The notes: generated by a model not told the origin, from the sequence alone. Counted from the stretch's first letter, positions 17,660-27,606 are shown. The stretch: DNA of 64,000 nt from an uncultured Thermoleophilia bacterium (GCA_963717285.1 CAVQVW010000004.1:28494-92493); one strand, 5' to 3'. Translations and numbers: made by a program.

Positions 17660-18904
17660 GATGCGCCTGCTTGCCGGTGAAACGCTCCCAGCGGGTCACG
17701 GCGACGTCGACGAAAGCCGGCGACGTGCTCGAGCGCGTAGCAGCACCCGGCCCGTGCTTCTCGCCGGCGATCAGGGCCGTGCCGGAGCCGCAGAAGGGCT
17801 CGTAGATGAGGCCGCCCGGCTTCGTGTGGTACCCGATGGGGCGACGCACGAGCTCGACCGGCTTCATCGTCGGATGCACGGAGCCCGGGGCGTCCTCGAT
17901 CCGGCTCTCGATCTCCCAGACCGCCTTCGCGTCGGCGGGAGGCTTGCTCTTCGGCATGTGGCCCTCCTGCCAGCCGTACATCATCGGCTCGTAGTCCCAC
18001 ATGAAGTGGCTGTAGGTCAGCACACTCCGTGTCTTCTTCCAGATCAGCACCTGATGGGGGAGGAGGCCGACCTTGCGCCACGCCTGCCAGACGACCTCGG
18101 TGCGCATGATGCCGAACCACTGGTAGATGGCGGCGTCGTCTTCGAGGGCGTGCTCGAGAGCCGTCTCCAGGAAGTCGACGTAGAAGTCGACCGAGTGCTC
18201 GTGGTCGAGGTAGGCGTCCCAGTGCTTGTCCTTCGTCGGCGCGCCCCTGTTCGCCTCGCTCGCCGGGTGGGCGCCGCCCTCGTAGTCGACGAGGTAGGGC
18301 GGGTCGGTGGCCATCAGTGCGGCGCGCCTGCCGTCCATCAGTCTGCTCGACGTCGTCGGCGTTGGTCGCGTCGCCGCAGAGCAGGCGGTGATCGCCGAGA
18401 AGGTAGAGGTCGCCGGGCTTGGCGACCGGCTCCTCGGCGGACATCCGGCACCTCGTCGGGGTCGCTGAGACCCGCGGTCGGCTCGGCGAGCAGCGCCGCG
18501 AGCTCTTCCGGATCGAAGCCGGTCACATCGAGCTCATAGCCCAGATCGATGAGCTCGCCAAGCTCGAGGGGGAGGAGCTCGGCGTCCCAGGAGGTGTCCT
18601 GGGCCGTGCGATTGTCCGTCAGCCGGTAGGCCTTGGCCTGCTCGGGAGTCAGATCCGTCGCGACGTGCACGGGCACCTTCTCGAGCCCAAGACGTTGCGC
18701 AGCGAGAAGTCTCGTGTGTCCGGCCAGAACCGTGCCGTCTTCGTCGACGACGATCGGTTGCCTCCAGCCGAACTCCGCGATCGAGGCGGCGACCTTGGCT
18801 ATCGCCGTCTCGGGGGCGACGCGGGGATTGCGCCGGTACGGAACGGGCTTCTCGATGGGCCACCAAGCAACCGCGAGATTCGTCTGTGCACTTCGGCTCA
18901 TCAT
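17640..18904 (-). CDS. ParB-N-domain / N4-N6 DNA methyltransferase fusion (several frameshifts)
   Basis: ParB part: PYRRNPR...SIAEFGWRQPIVVD...AGHTRLLAA...AYRLTDNR. MTase part: LGDHRLLCGDAT, TDPPY, HPTMKPVEL, EPFCGSGT. Confidence 0.88.
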
Positions 18905-19287
18905 CTCTCCTTGTCTCGAGATCGCTGGAACTGCTCGTTCGCGAAGGCCTCGTAGGTGGCTACTGCTTCGCGAAAGACCTCGAGGTCTTGGGAGCGATGC
19001 GCGATCTGCAGCTCCTCTTCGGCGGACCGCCAGCGCGCCTCATCGAGAAGCAACTCTGCTGGATAGGAACGGGTCAAGCGTGCGGAACAGGCAAGCAGCA
19101 GCTCATCGGCCGCTGCGCAGAAGTCGAGCCAGGCGAGGACTTCCCGCTTGTGGTCGATCAGGCTGGTCCGGAGACCATCGGGTAGTGGCTGTCCGAGCGG
19201 CGACTCCACGTGGAGGTGATCGCCGCTGCGCGAGAGGACGAGACCGGCGACGATAGCCTGCGCGACGAGGTCGGCACCCAGCCTCAT
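18901..19287 (-). CDS. TubC N-terminal docking-domain-like protein
   Basis: LVAQAIVAGLVLSRSGDHLHVESP...LRTSLIDHKREVLAWL. Confidence 0.6.
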   Translation of the reverse strand: MRLGADLVAQAIVAGLVLSRSGDHLHVESPLGQPLPDGLRTSLIDHKREVLAWLDFCAAADELLLACSARLTRSYPAELLLDEARWRSAEEELQIAHRSQDLEVFREAVATYEAFANEQFQRSRDKER

Positions 19288-21251
19288 GACAGGTCAGCGC
19301 TCCATGGAACCGGCTCGGTCTCGGTGTCGACGGCCTTGAGGGCGATGCTCGACGGTCTCGCTGAAAGCCTCCCGCACCTGCCATCGGTAGAACCTGAAAC
19401 ACTGGAACACCCGAGCTGCGCCGGCGTCGGCAGGCCATGCTCCGACGGTAGCGGCTCACCGATGCGCAGCTTGGCGGGGTGACCCTTGCGCGTCTCGTCG
19501 TCGACGAGCCACCCCCCGTGCCTGGCGCCTGCGACTCGCCTGGAGACCGAGGCCTTGCTGAGCTTGAGAGCCCGCTGGATGTCAGTCTGGCTGGCGCATG
19601 CGTGACCCTTGGCGATGTGCTCGGCGACCGCCCGAACGACCTCGCGAACCTTGCGGCCGGCGCCGCTGTTACTAGCCTTGTAGAGCTCGGCGACGAGCTG
19701 GAACACCTCCGCGTAGTCCTCTCGGGAAGCGATCAAGCGACCGGCTACGTCGCGCTGCCGATGAGCGTGTCGCAGCACCGTGACGGCCTTGACGAGCGAC
19801 AACAGGCGTGCGAAGTCGCGCGCCACACGTGTCTCGACCGGTTGTGAGGCCAAGTGCTCCGCGATCTCATCGGCGAACGGCACGACCACATCCCAGGGCG
19901 CCAACGCCTGCAGGTACTCCTGGAACGCCAGCAGCGCGGCGTCGGGCGCGGGCGTGCCGCCGGCCAGCTCGAGCAACGCCTGGGTGCGCAACGCGTGACC
20001 CATCTGCGCGTGGTCGTCAGGCACCTCGAGCGTGAAGACGCGGGTGTCGAGCTGCGCGCCCAGCCGTCGCGTGGAGGTCGTCACCAGAGTGGTCGGACCG
20101 GGCTTGGAGACCTCGCGCACGGTGTACTTGCCGGTCTCTGAGTCGCACACGGTGACCGCGTAGTGAAGATGATGGTCCTGCAGCATGTTGCGGATGGCGC
20201 TGGCGGCCGGGTTGTCCTCGCCGGCCGGCAGACTGTCCGACTCGCCGAAGACAGCCACGCGGTGCTCGAGTTCAGCGTCATCGTAGATGAGCGTGCGCGG
20301 CGAACCGGCGTCGATCGTGTGGACCGCCGCGGGGGGCATGTGGATGAGCACGACGTGGAGCGCGTAGCTCTTACCGGCGCCGGCCGGACCGAGGATGAGC
20401 AGATGTACCGGCATGGAGCCGGGCCTCATGGCCAACACGCGGCTGGTCACGGAGAGCAGGATCACGATCGGGGCGTTCAGGTCGCCGCCGTAGCCCTGGG
20501 CGTCGATCGCCTCGCGGTAGAGCTCGATGGGATCGTGGTGCGCTAGTACCGAGCGAGCGGCGGCGCGCAGCTCCGGCAGGCGAGCGTCCCGGCGCCCAGC
20601 GAGGATCTCACCGAACGGCAGCGCTGAGGCGCGCAGCTCGCCAACGAACGCGGCCACATCCACGCCGGCGACGTGGGCGTCGGAGATGTCCTTGGTGCCC
20701 TCAGGCGCAACGATCACACGCGCCTTGGGAATGTCACGGGCGATGCGCTCCGTGAAGTCCTCGGCGTCGGGCTCCTGCCAGATGTAGACATCGAGGCCCT
20801 CAAGCTGCTTCGCCATCTGAGGCTTCCAGTTGACCTTGCCGGGTACGCCGACGACCGGCAGACCGTAGTGCCAGCCGGTCCAGCAGTCGGACTCGCCCTC
20901 GACGATAAGCACCCAGCCTGCCTCGCGCATCGCTTCTAGCCGATGGACGCCGTAGAGATGGTGAGCCTTGTCGCTGCTGCGCCAGCGGAAGCGGTTGTCG
21001 ACGCCGTTCTTGGCCTTGTGCAGGGCGGTGCGAAAGCGCACGGCGAGCGTCCCGCCGTTGCGGTCGAGATACGGGATGGCCACGGCCGGCTTGCCGTTTC
21101 GCCTGCGTTCGCTGCAGCCGTACTCGCGCAGTTCCGATTCCAGCAGATGCTTGAGCTGCGCCAGCGACTCCAGCGTCACACCGGTATCGGGGTGTTCCAC
21201 TGTTTCAGGCCCTACCGCTGGATGAAGCGAGGGGTCCTTCTCGTCGCTCAT
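19284..21251 (-). CDS. TOPRIM primase - P-loop helicase - wHTH replication protein
   Basis: IPYLDRNG...RFR...LYG...LIVEGESDC (TOPRIM), GPAGAGKS Walker A, QLDTR arginine finger, and C-terminal wHTH SQTDIQRALKLSKASVSRR. Confidence 0.8.
   Translation of the reverse strand: MSDEKDPSLHPAVGPETVEHPDTGVTLESLAQLKHLLESELREYGCSERRRNGKPAVAIPYLDRNGGTLAVRFRTALHKAKNGVDNRFRWRSSDKAHHLYGVHRLEAMREAGWVLIVEGESDCWTGWHYGLPVVGVPGKVNWKPQMAKQLEGLDVYIWQEPDAEDFTERIARDIPKARVIVAPEGTKDISDAHVAGVDVAAFVGELRASALPFGEILAGRRDARLPELRAAARSVLAHHDPIELYREAIDAQGYGGDLNAPIVILLSVTSRVLAMRPGSMPVHLLILGPAGAGKSYALHVVLIHMPPAAVHTIDAGSPRTLIYDDAELEHRVAVFGESDSLPAGEDNPAASAIRNMLQDHHLHYAVTVCDSETGKYTVREVSKPGPTTLVTTSTRRLGAQLDTRVFTLEVPDDHAQMGHALRTQALLELAGGTPAPDAALLAFQEYLQALAPWDVVVPFADEIAEHLASQPVETRVARDFARLLSLVKAVTVLRHAHRQRDVAGRLIASREDYAEVFQLVAELYKASNSGAGRKVREVVRAVAEHIAKGHACASQTDIQRALKLSKASVSRRVAGARHGGWLVDDETRKGHPAKLRIGEPLPSEHGLPTPAQLGCSSVSGSTDGRCGRLSARPSSIALKAVDTETEPVPWSADLS
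19381..19412. repeat. 32-bp inverted repeat, left arm (partner 21190-21221)
   Basis: ccatcggtagaaCCTGAAACACTGGAACACCC versus the reverse complement of 21190-21221, ccagcggtagggCCTGAAACAGTGGAACACCC. Confidence 0.75.
21190..21221. repeat. 32-bp inverted repeat, right arm
   Basis: Partner of 19381-19412; 4 mismatches in 32 bp. Confidence 0.75.
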
Positions 21252-21535
21252 CGCCGCCTCACCGTGTCACGCTTCTCAGGGAAGAGATCACGCCAGGTCA
21301 GACCGAGGGCAGTGAGGACGGCATCCGTCTCACACCCAGCCCAGCAGTGCAGAAGGATGCGGCCGCCCCTTCCCTCAGCGATGCTCAGGCTGGGATGACC
21401 ATCGTCGTGTGCCGGACAGCGGGCGAGCCAGCCTCCGGCAGAGCGTCTCACGTCCGCGAGTCGCGAGAGGACGCAATCGAGGTTCTCCGCTGCGACGTCA
21501 ACCACGACAGCGTCCCCAGAGAGCTCGCTGAGCAC
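21248..21535 (-). CDS. Stand-alone primase zinc-binding (CHC2-like) domain
   Basis: WLARCPAHDDGHPSLSI...ILLHCWAGCETDAVLTALGL; its stop overlaps the primase start. Confidence 0.8.
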   Translation of the reverse strand: MLSELSGDAVVVDVAAENLDCVLSRLADVRRSAGGWLARCPAHDDGHPSLSIAEGRGGRILLHCWAGCETDAVLTALGLTWRDLFPEKRDTVRRR

Positions 21536-21721
21536 TTCTCGCGGGACGTGAAGCCCGCGTTCCTCCGCACCCCCCGTGGCGGAGGACGTATCGCACTACA
21601 TTGCAGCGCCGAAACCGCCCCAGAAGCCGAGACGGGGCATGCGGCCGACCCCTCACCCCACCGCCGTCGCCGACGTCGCTCTCGCTCTTCCACAACGCTG
21701 CATTGCAGCGTTTCACGGAGG

Positions 21722-22093
21722 TCATCGCTCGGCCTCCTCGTTCTTCCTCCAGACCGGGTTGCCCTTGCGCTTCGTGAACGGGTTGCGGCCCGTCCGGAAG
21801 GGATACAACCAGCAGGTCTTGCAGGGGCACGTCTTGACGTCGGCATGCGGCCGGCTCGGCTCCTCTACGCTGCCGTCGGCCATCCGCCAGGAGAACTCGT
21901 GGCCACCGTGGCAGGCGAGGCAATGAAGCTTGATCGCCTTCTGAGGTGTGAGCTTGCGACCGTCTAGGTTGCCGTAGCCGGCGCTCGTCGCCTCATCGAA
22001 GTTCTCAACGACGTAGCCGCTGGGACCTGGGGAACGCAGTGGACGCGATCGCGGCCGAGACTGAGAGTTTGAGATTCGCTTCTCCGAGCCCAT
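21722..22093 (-). CDS. Small Cys-rich phage/element protein
   Basis: TPQKAIKLHCLACHGG...VKTCPCKTCWLYPFRTGRNP, a pattern I associate with prophage hypothetical proteins. Confidence 0.6.
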   Translation of the reverse strand: MGSEKRISNSQSRPRSRPLRSPGPSGYVVENFDEATSAGYGNLDGRKLTPQKAIKLHCLACHGGHEFSWRMADGSVEEPSRPHADVKTCPCKTCWLYPFRTGRNPFTKRKGNPVWRKNEEAER

Positions 22094-22094
22094 G

Positions 22095-22379
22095 TCACAC
22101 CTCCCGTTCATGCGCCTGCGCCGGCTCGCATTGCTCCTCGAGGCCCAGCATGGCTAGCAGCTTGGCCGTCGGCACCAGCAAGCGCCCCGATATGCGGACT
22201 GCGGGAAGCGATCCGTCACGTGCCCCCTGATACGCCGTCGAGCGGCCGATGCCGAGGACGGCGGCAGCCTCCTCGATCGAGCAGGTGCTGCGACGGCGCA
22301 GACCCTCGAGGTCGACTGAGCAGATCTCCCGGCTCTCCGTCAAGCTGCGCCCCGTGCCTCTTGTCTCTTCGCGTCTCAT
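22095..22379 (-). CDS. Excisionase-like HTH_17 DNA-binding protein
   Basis: SIEEAAAVLGIGRSTAYQGARDGSLPAVRISGRLLVP. Confidence 0.85.
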   Translation of the reverse strand: MRREETRGTGRSLTESREICSVDLEGLRRRSTCSIEEAAAVLGIGRSTAYQGARDGSLPAVRISGRLLVPTAKLLAMLGLEEQCEPAQAHEREV

Positions 22380-22506
22380 GACTTGAACCGCCCCCTGATG
22401 CCTGGTATCGTTTGAGTCGTGCCCTTAACGAGTAATCCACTTAGGGAAATGTTAGGAGAGATAACCGTCATAATGCAACAGCCGCTAGCGTCACAGGAGA
22501 GGAAAC
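22380..22506. promoter_or_regulatory. AT-rich divergent promoter region (element switch)
   Basis: Relatively AT-rich spacer between divergent xis and regulator, with CATAAT at 22469-22474 and RBS AGGAGAGG before ATG 22507. Confidence 0.5.
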
Positions 22507-23655
22507 ATGAGCCGTGAAATCGGGACCAACGGGGAGTCCGACCTGGGCCTCTGGCGCGCTCTACGCGCCAGCGCCGTGGCACTAGACAATCACGGGGTCT
22601 TTCACCTGCGCACGTCCCACGAGCAACAGACCGCGGAGAGCTTCCTCGAACAGCGCGAGCGCTGGGATGCCGATCCCGAGCGCGCCGAGGCTAGGCACGA
22701 GCTGCGCTTGGGACCGCTCGAATACGAGCCGCTCAGTCAGCCCCGCCTGCCGAACGCCCTGGCGCGCATCGCCTCCGCCGCGGACACCGACTCCGAACGC
22801 ATCAGAAGCGTGAAGCTCAAGACCGAGCGGTGCCATCTCGCCAAGGGTGCACGGCGTCAGGATGCGAAGTGGCTGGCCCGGCACGAGGCCGCAGAGACGG
22901 CGGAACGGGCGGCCGTCAAGGAAATCGAGCGCTTCTACCGCTCCTACGGTCCACTCGGCTACCAGGCGGTGAAGAGCGACGAGTCCTGGCCCGAGAGCGG
23001 CGAGCCTCTCGGCTGGATCATCGCCGAGGCCCAGACGGTGCGCTTCGTCCTGGAGGTCATCGACGCCCTCAACCGCGACGATGTGCGGGATCTGAAGGCG
23101 GCGTTGGCCAGCCGGCGGCGACAGGACCCTGACGCAGAGAGCGAGCCACCGGACCCGGTGCTTGGCGGCCGGCTTGTGCACTACGCCGTCTGTCGCAAGG
23201 CAGAGTCCCACAGCTACAGCTGGAATCCAGACAAGGAGCCCCCGTTGGGCAGGGACGTCGGCTGGTACGACCCCAACGCTCGCTATCGACTGCGAGGCGG
23301 GGATGAGGCGGCGCTCACCGAGCACGCAGGCGACATCGTCAGAGATCTCGTGCGATTGCGTCTGCCCGAGCAGAAGTACGACTTCCTCTTCCGGGACGGC
23401 CGCTTCTGGGAGGTGCCACGCGGTGGTCCCTTGCTGCGAGCCATCTGGATACACATCAAGAACACCGCGACGAAACGCACCCAGATCCGTCGCTGCCGGG
23501 AGTGTGGCACGCCGTTTCTTGTCACCGATCGTCGCCAGCGATTCTGTCCGCCGGAGGGGCCAGGCGGCAAGTCACGCTGCCTCGCCAGGCGGCAGATGCG
23601 CGAGCTGCGAGCCGAGCGAGCGACAGCAAGTGCCGCTGCGCAGGACCCACAATGA
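22507..23655 (+). CDS. Protein with C-terminal CGNR-like zinc finger, putative regulator
   Basis: IRRCRECGTPFLVTDRRQRFC...SRCLARRQMRELR; ATGA overlap with the integrase. Confidence 0.6.
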   Translation: MSREIGTNGESDLGLWRALRASAVALDNHGVFHLRTSHEQQTAESFLEQRERWDADPERAEARHELRLGPLEYEPLSQPRLPNALARIASAADTDSERIRSVKLKTERCHLAKGARRQDAKWLARHEAAETAERAAVKEIERFYRSYGPLGYQAVKSDESWPESGEPLGWIIAEAQTVRFVLEVIDALNRDDVRDLKAALASRRRQDPDAESEPPDPVLGGRLVHYAVCRKAESHSYSWNPDKEPPLGRDVGWYDPNARYRLRGGDEAALTEHAGDIVRDLVRLRLPEQKYDFLFRDGRFWEVPRGGPLLRAIWIHIKNTATKRTQIRRCRECGTPFLVTDRRQRFCPPEGPGGKSRCLARRQMRELRAERATASAAAQDPQ

Positions 23656-24898
23656 GAGGCTCGGTCCGCCGCCGCGGAGACCCCGGCTCTTGGGAGTACA
23701 TCGTCGATGTCGGCCTGGCGGCGGCGCAACGCTGCACGGTCTGCAACAGGCGGTTCTGGATCGAGCGCCGCCCCAAGGATGACTGCCCCAGCTGCGGCGG
23801 CTGGCTCATCGAGACCGAAGAACGCCGCCGCCAGACGAAGGCCGGCTTCTCGACCCGCAAGGCCTGTCTCGCCGAGATGAACACGCTGCTCGTCGCCGTC
23901 GAGAAGCAGACCTACCAGGCGCCGACCAAGGCGAGCGTGCGCGAGTACCTCACGAAGGAGTGGCTGCCGGCCGTGAAGGCGACGATCCGCCCCTCGACCT
24001 ACAACTCCTACGTGCAGCATGTCGAATGTCACATCGTGCCGCACATCGGCTCCGTAAAGCTGCAGAAGCTCTCCGGAAGTCGGGTCAACGCCCTCTACGC
24101 GACACTCGCCGAGACTGGCAAGAAGGACGGCAGAAGCGGCCTCTCGCGCAGACGATCCACCACGTCCACGCCTGCCTGCACAAGGCCTGCAAGGACGCGG
24201 TGCGTTGGGGACACATCTCGAGGAACCCGCTCGATGCCGCCGACCCGCCGAAGACCAAGGGCGACGGCACGAGGGAGATGCGGACCTGGAGCGCCGAGCA
24301 GCTCGGGGCGTTCCTGACCTCAGTCGAGGACGATCGCCTCCACGCCCTCTGGCACACCATCGCCATGACCGGCATGCGACGCGGGGAGGCTCTCGGTCTG
24401 CGCTGGAGCGACGTCGACCTCGAGAACGCGAGACTATCGGTGCGACGCGCCCTCATCCCGACGAACCGAGACGTGGTCGTCAGCGAACCGAAGACGGCCA
24501 AGGGCCGACGTGTCATCGCCCTCGATCCGGACACCGTCGAGGTGCTCAAGGGACAGGCAGCCCGTCAGCTCGACGAACAGCGGGAGTGGGGCGAGGCCTG
24601 GACCGACAGCGGCCTGGTGTTCACGACGGAGAACGGCGAGGCGCTCGACCCGGAGTCGGTGTCGCGCTACTGGCGTCAGGCCGTGAAGAAGTCGATGCTG
24701 CCGCCGATCCGCCTGCACGACCTGCGGCACACGCATGCCACCCTGGCTCTGCAGGCCGGCATCCACCCCAAGGTCGTGAGTGAGCGCCTGGGTCACGCCA
24801 CCGTCTCGATCACGCTCGACACCTACTCGCACGCGATTCCGGCGATGCAAGAAGAGGCGGCGGAGAGGATTGCGGGGTTGGTGTTCGCGAGGGCGTAG
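23652..24898 (+). CDS. int: Tyrosine integrase (arm-binding + SAM-like + catalytic), frameshift near 24148
   Basis: MRGSVRRRG...GFSTRK, YLTKEWL, TGMRRGEALGLRWSD, PKT, RLHDLRHTHAT, RLGHA...TLDTYSH. Confidence 0.93.
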
Positions 24899-24931
24899 CA
24901 CGCCGAATCGAAATCGATCAAGGAGGCGAAG

Positions 24932-25276
24932 ATGGGCTCGTCCTACCTCTTCTCTTGCCCTTCCTGCGGCTACGAGGCCGAGGTGTCCGGCGGCCTCGAC
25001 TTCGGCATGGCGTGTGTCACCCATACGGTGAGCTGCCCGGACTGCAAGAAGCTGTCGGACGCGCTCATATCGACCAATCCCGGAGATGTGGTAGCGCCCA
25101 GGCTGCTGATCGACGACGAGGAGGGAGATCTCGATGTCCTTCCAGGCACGGTGCCTGAGCAGCTACGCTGCGAGACCGACCGCCGCCATACGGCGCGGCC
25201 GTGGGAACATCCTGGCCCATGTCCCCGCTGTGGCGCGACGCTCGTGAAGGGTGAGCTGGCGGTCGATTGGGACTAG
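24932..25276 (+). CDS. Small zinc-ribbon protein
   Basis: CPSCG, CPDCK and CPRCG motifs; RBS AGGAGG. Confidence 0.75.
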   Translation: MGSSYLFSCPSCGYEAEVSGGLDFGMACVTHTVSCPDCKKLSDALISTNPGDVVAPRLLIDDEEGDLDVLPGTVPEQLRCETDRRHTARPWEHPGPCPRCGATLVKGELAVDWD

Positions 25277-25366
25277 ACCATGCGGAAGCCTCGCATTCGA
25301 GGGTCTCTTCCCGATCGCCGGGAGTGAGCCCAGGAGTCTCGGCGGAAGGGACTGATCTCGTCTATC

Positions 25367-25476
25367 ACCACCCCACCATGTCAAGGTGGTCGCAGGGAAG
25401 TCGGCACACGACGGCGTCCGTCACGCTCGACACCTACTCGCACGCCGTCTCGGCCAAGCAGTGGGCGGCCGCGTAG
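25367..25476 (+). pseudogene. Degenerate duplicate of the integrase 3' end
   Basis: 25421-25445 is identical to 24810-24834 and encodes HTTASVTLDTYSHAV. Confidence 0.75.
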
Positions 25477-25565
25477 AGGGGCGCGGAGTGGATGCCTGCA
25501 GGGACGTGGGTCGCCGACAAGCACGCCGGGCACACGGGTCAGTCAACGCGAACCGGCCGAGACTG

Positions 25566-27337
25566 CTACCGGACCAGCGGCGTCCACACGAGCGCATGCG
25601 ATCCATGGTCGGCGTTGGCGCCACCGACCACCGTCCGCGAATCGTTCATGCCATGCGGCCGGCTGTGATGATGCTCGAAGAAGGGCAGCCAGACTACTTC
25701 GCCTGACGCTCGCCTCAACCACGGTCGCTCGTATCCATCTAGTTTCGTCTCCCCCACAACATCACCCACGTTGTTCATGGATGTGGCATGGTAGCCTGCT
25801 GGAGTCCCGAGACCCTGCCATCCTTCTCCGGGTCCGGCGACAAGAGCGATGCTCTCCCCCTTGGCGTTCCTTGCCGTGCCTAGCACGGTCCCATCGGCAT
25901 TGATCGAGGTTGGGTAGACTCCAGGGCGTTCATCAATCACGTCTGCCCTCCCTGCATTCGGGTTCCACTCCACAGCCTGGCACCGGTGCCCAACGTAGCC
26001 TACGACCAGGACCGTCCCGGCATCATTGGCATCCACCGCCTCCCCCAGTCACAGCCGAAATCGCGAAGAACGACCAGCTCGCCGTCGATCCAAGCCGCTG
26101 GTCGGTGCCCTAGCTGTCCCTTGGCGGGAACATCGACGCTCACCCACCCAGCGGCGAGGCCGCTGTCTGTGATGGCCGTTGCGCAGCTGTGAAGCTCGCG
26201 CTTCTCGCCGAGATCAACGAGACCGGCGGGGCCCCAGCGGACCGCATGCACCGACCCGTCGTACACAGTCGCTGCACCAACGACCTCCCCGTGGGAATTG
26301 ATGTGCCGAGGCGTTCCGATGAAGCCACAGCGCCGTGGCTCGTCGCCAGTCGTCCACGTCCAGGGGACGGCATCCTTCCCGCCGAGAGCATCGGGATGGT
26401 TGCCGTGACCAAGAACCGCATTCATGTCGTTGACGTCGACGGCGCGGCAGTGAACTAGGTCCCGGGGAGCGACCTCATGAAGCAAGTACGCAGCTTCGCC
26501 ATCGGGCACAGCGATCCGTGGTTGACAGGGGGCAAACGGAGCAGTGGGCTTGGACGAGGCGAAAGACGTGCCCACGAGCTTCCCCAGCGGACGCCCGAGC
26601 AGTCGCTCGAGTTCCTTCTTGTCCGGCGTTGGGAAGCCTCTGGCCATGACGCGGTCGGAGATTTGACCCTCGGTGGTCCCTCGCCCGTCTACCCGCACGG
26701 AGGTAACGGAGCAGTCCGGGCTGACAGTCTGGCGCGCAACAGGAGACTCGGAAGCCTCGCGATTCATGAGAGCAAGACGCTTGCGAATACGCTGAGGCTC
26801 GTCCTCCAGCCGAGAAGCTAGGCGCTCGAGTCGCCGGCGCGATGCCCGTGGCACAGCTGGCTTCTGGCCAGCCACGAACACGTGCGGTCGCCCTCGAAAG
26901 CTGCTCATTGAGACGATGAACGACGATTCCGCGTCGCGCATGCGACCAGAGCATTCCTCGAAGTTCGAGGCGAAGGCTACCCCGGGTACGCCCCTTAGGA
27001 AGAACGCCAGCACAAACGTGTGAGGCCGCAACAGCTTGGTTCTGGCCTTGATTGCTGCGATCCATCGAGCGCCCTCCTCCTGGAGAACTCGCGCAACGTC
27101 AGCGGGCTCCGCGTCCGAGAGCCCCGTCAGCCACTCCACGACGAAGTCAGACGTATCTCGCCCGTCCCAGCGACCAACGCCCGTGTAGGAGACGAGGCCA
27201 TCCCAGTCGCCGTACTGCAGCGTGACGCGTTTCGACGCGGCATCACTCAGAAGGTCGCCCGTGTCTGAGTTCGTGAGCCTGTGGTCAGCCGACTGATAGA
27301 TCGTCGCCTCGGTGAGCAGCGTGATGATGAGCGTCAT
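25566..27337 (-). CDS. Ntn-hydrolase (proteasome-beta/HslV-like) domain fused to HAF-repeat beta-propeller; frameshift near 26040
   Basis: After Met removal T1...D17-H-R19...K35...SYTG. C-terminal repeats INSHGEVVG, INADGTVLG, MNNVGDVVG, MNDSRTVVG...HALVW. The two frames join at a G homopolymer. Confidence 0.7.
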
Positions 27338-27518
27338 CGCTTGTGCCAGTCCATCGTCATCGTCTCGGCCTTTCGATGCGTTGCTGCGACAGCTACGAAA
27401 GGAGTCCAGACCTCCCAGCCGGAGCCAGTGGGAGTGTGGCCGGCTGCTGCACAGGGGCGAGGCGTATCAGGCCCGCCGTGCCGTCCCGTGCACGCTTGTG
27501 CGCCTCCGTGACGTCCGT

Positions 27519-27552
27519 TCTCGTCGGCAGAATGTCGGCATCTGGCAGCAAT
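27519..27552. repeat. Arm-type repeats at the tRNA-proximal element end
   Basis: Identical to 743-776, and followed by the shared ccatatgcagg-acttctgg motif. Confidence 0.85.
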
Positions 27553-27606
27553 TCGGGCGAAATGGCCGACACAGCCAACTCAGGAACTTCCATATGCAGG
27601 TACTTC

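Noticed and set aside
24140-24155. Programmed frameshift in the integrase
   Set aside because: There is no slippery sequence, and similar indels occur across the window including in ileS
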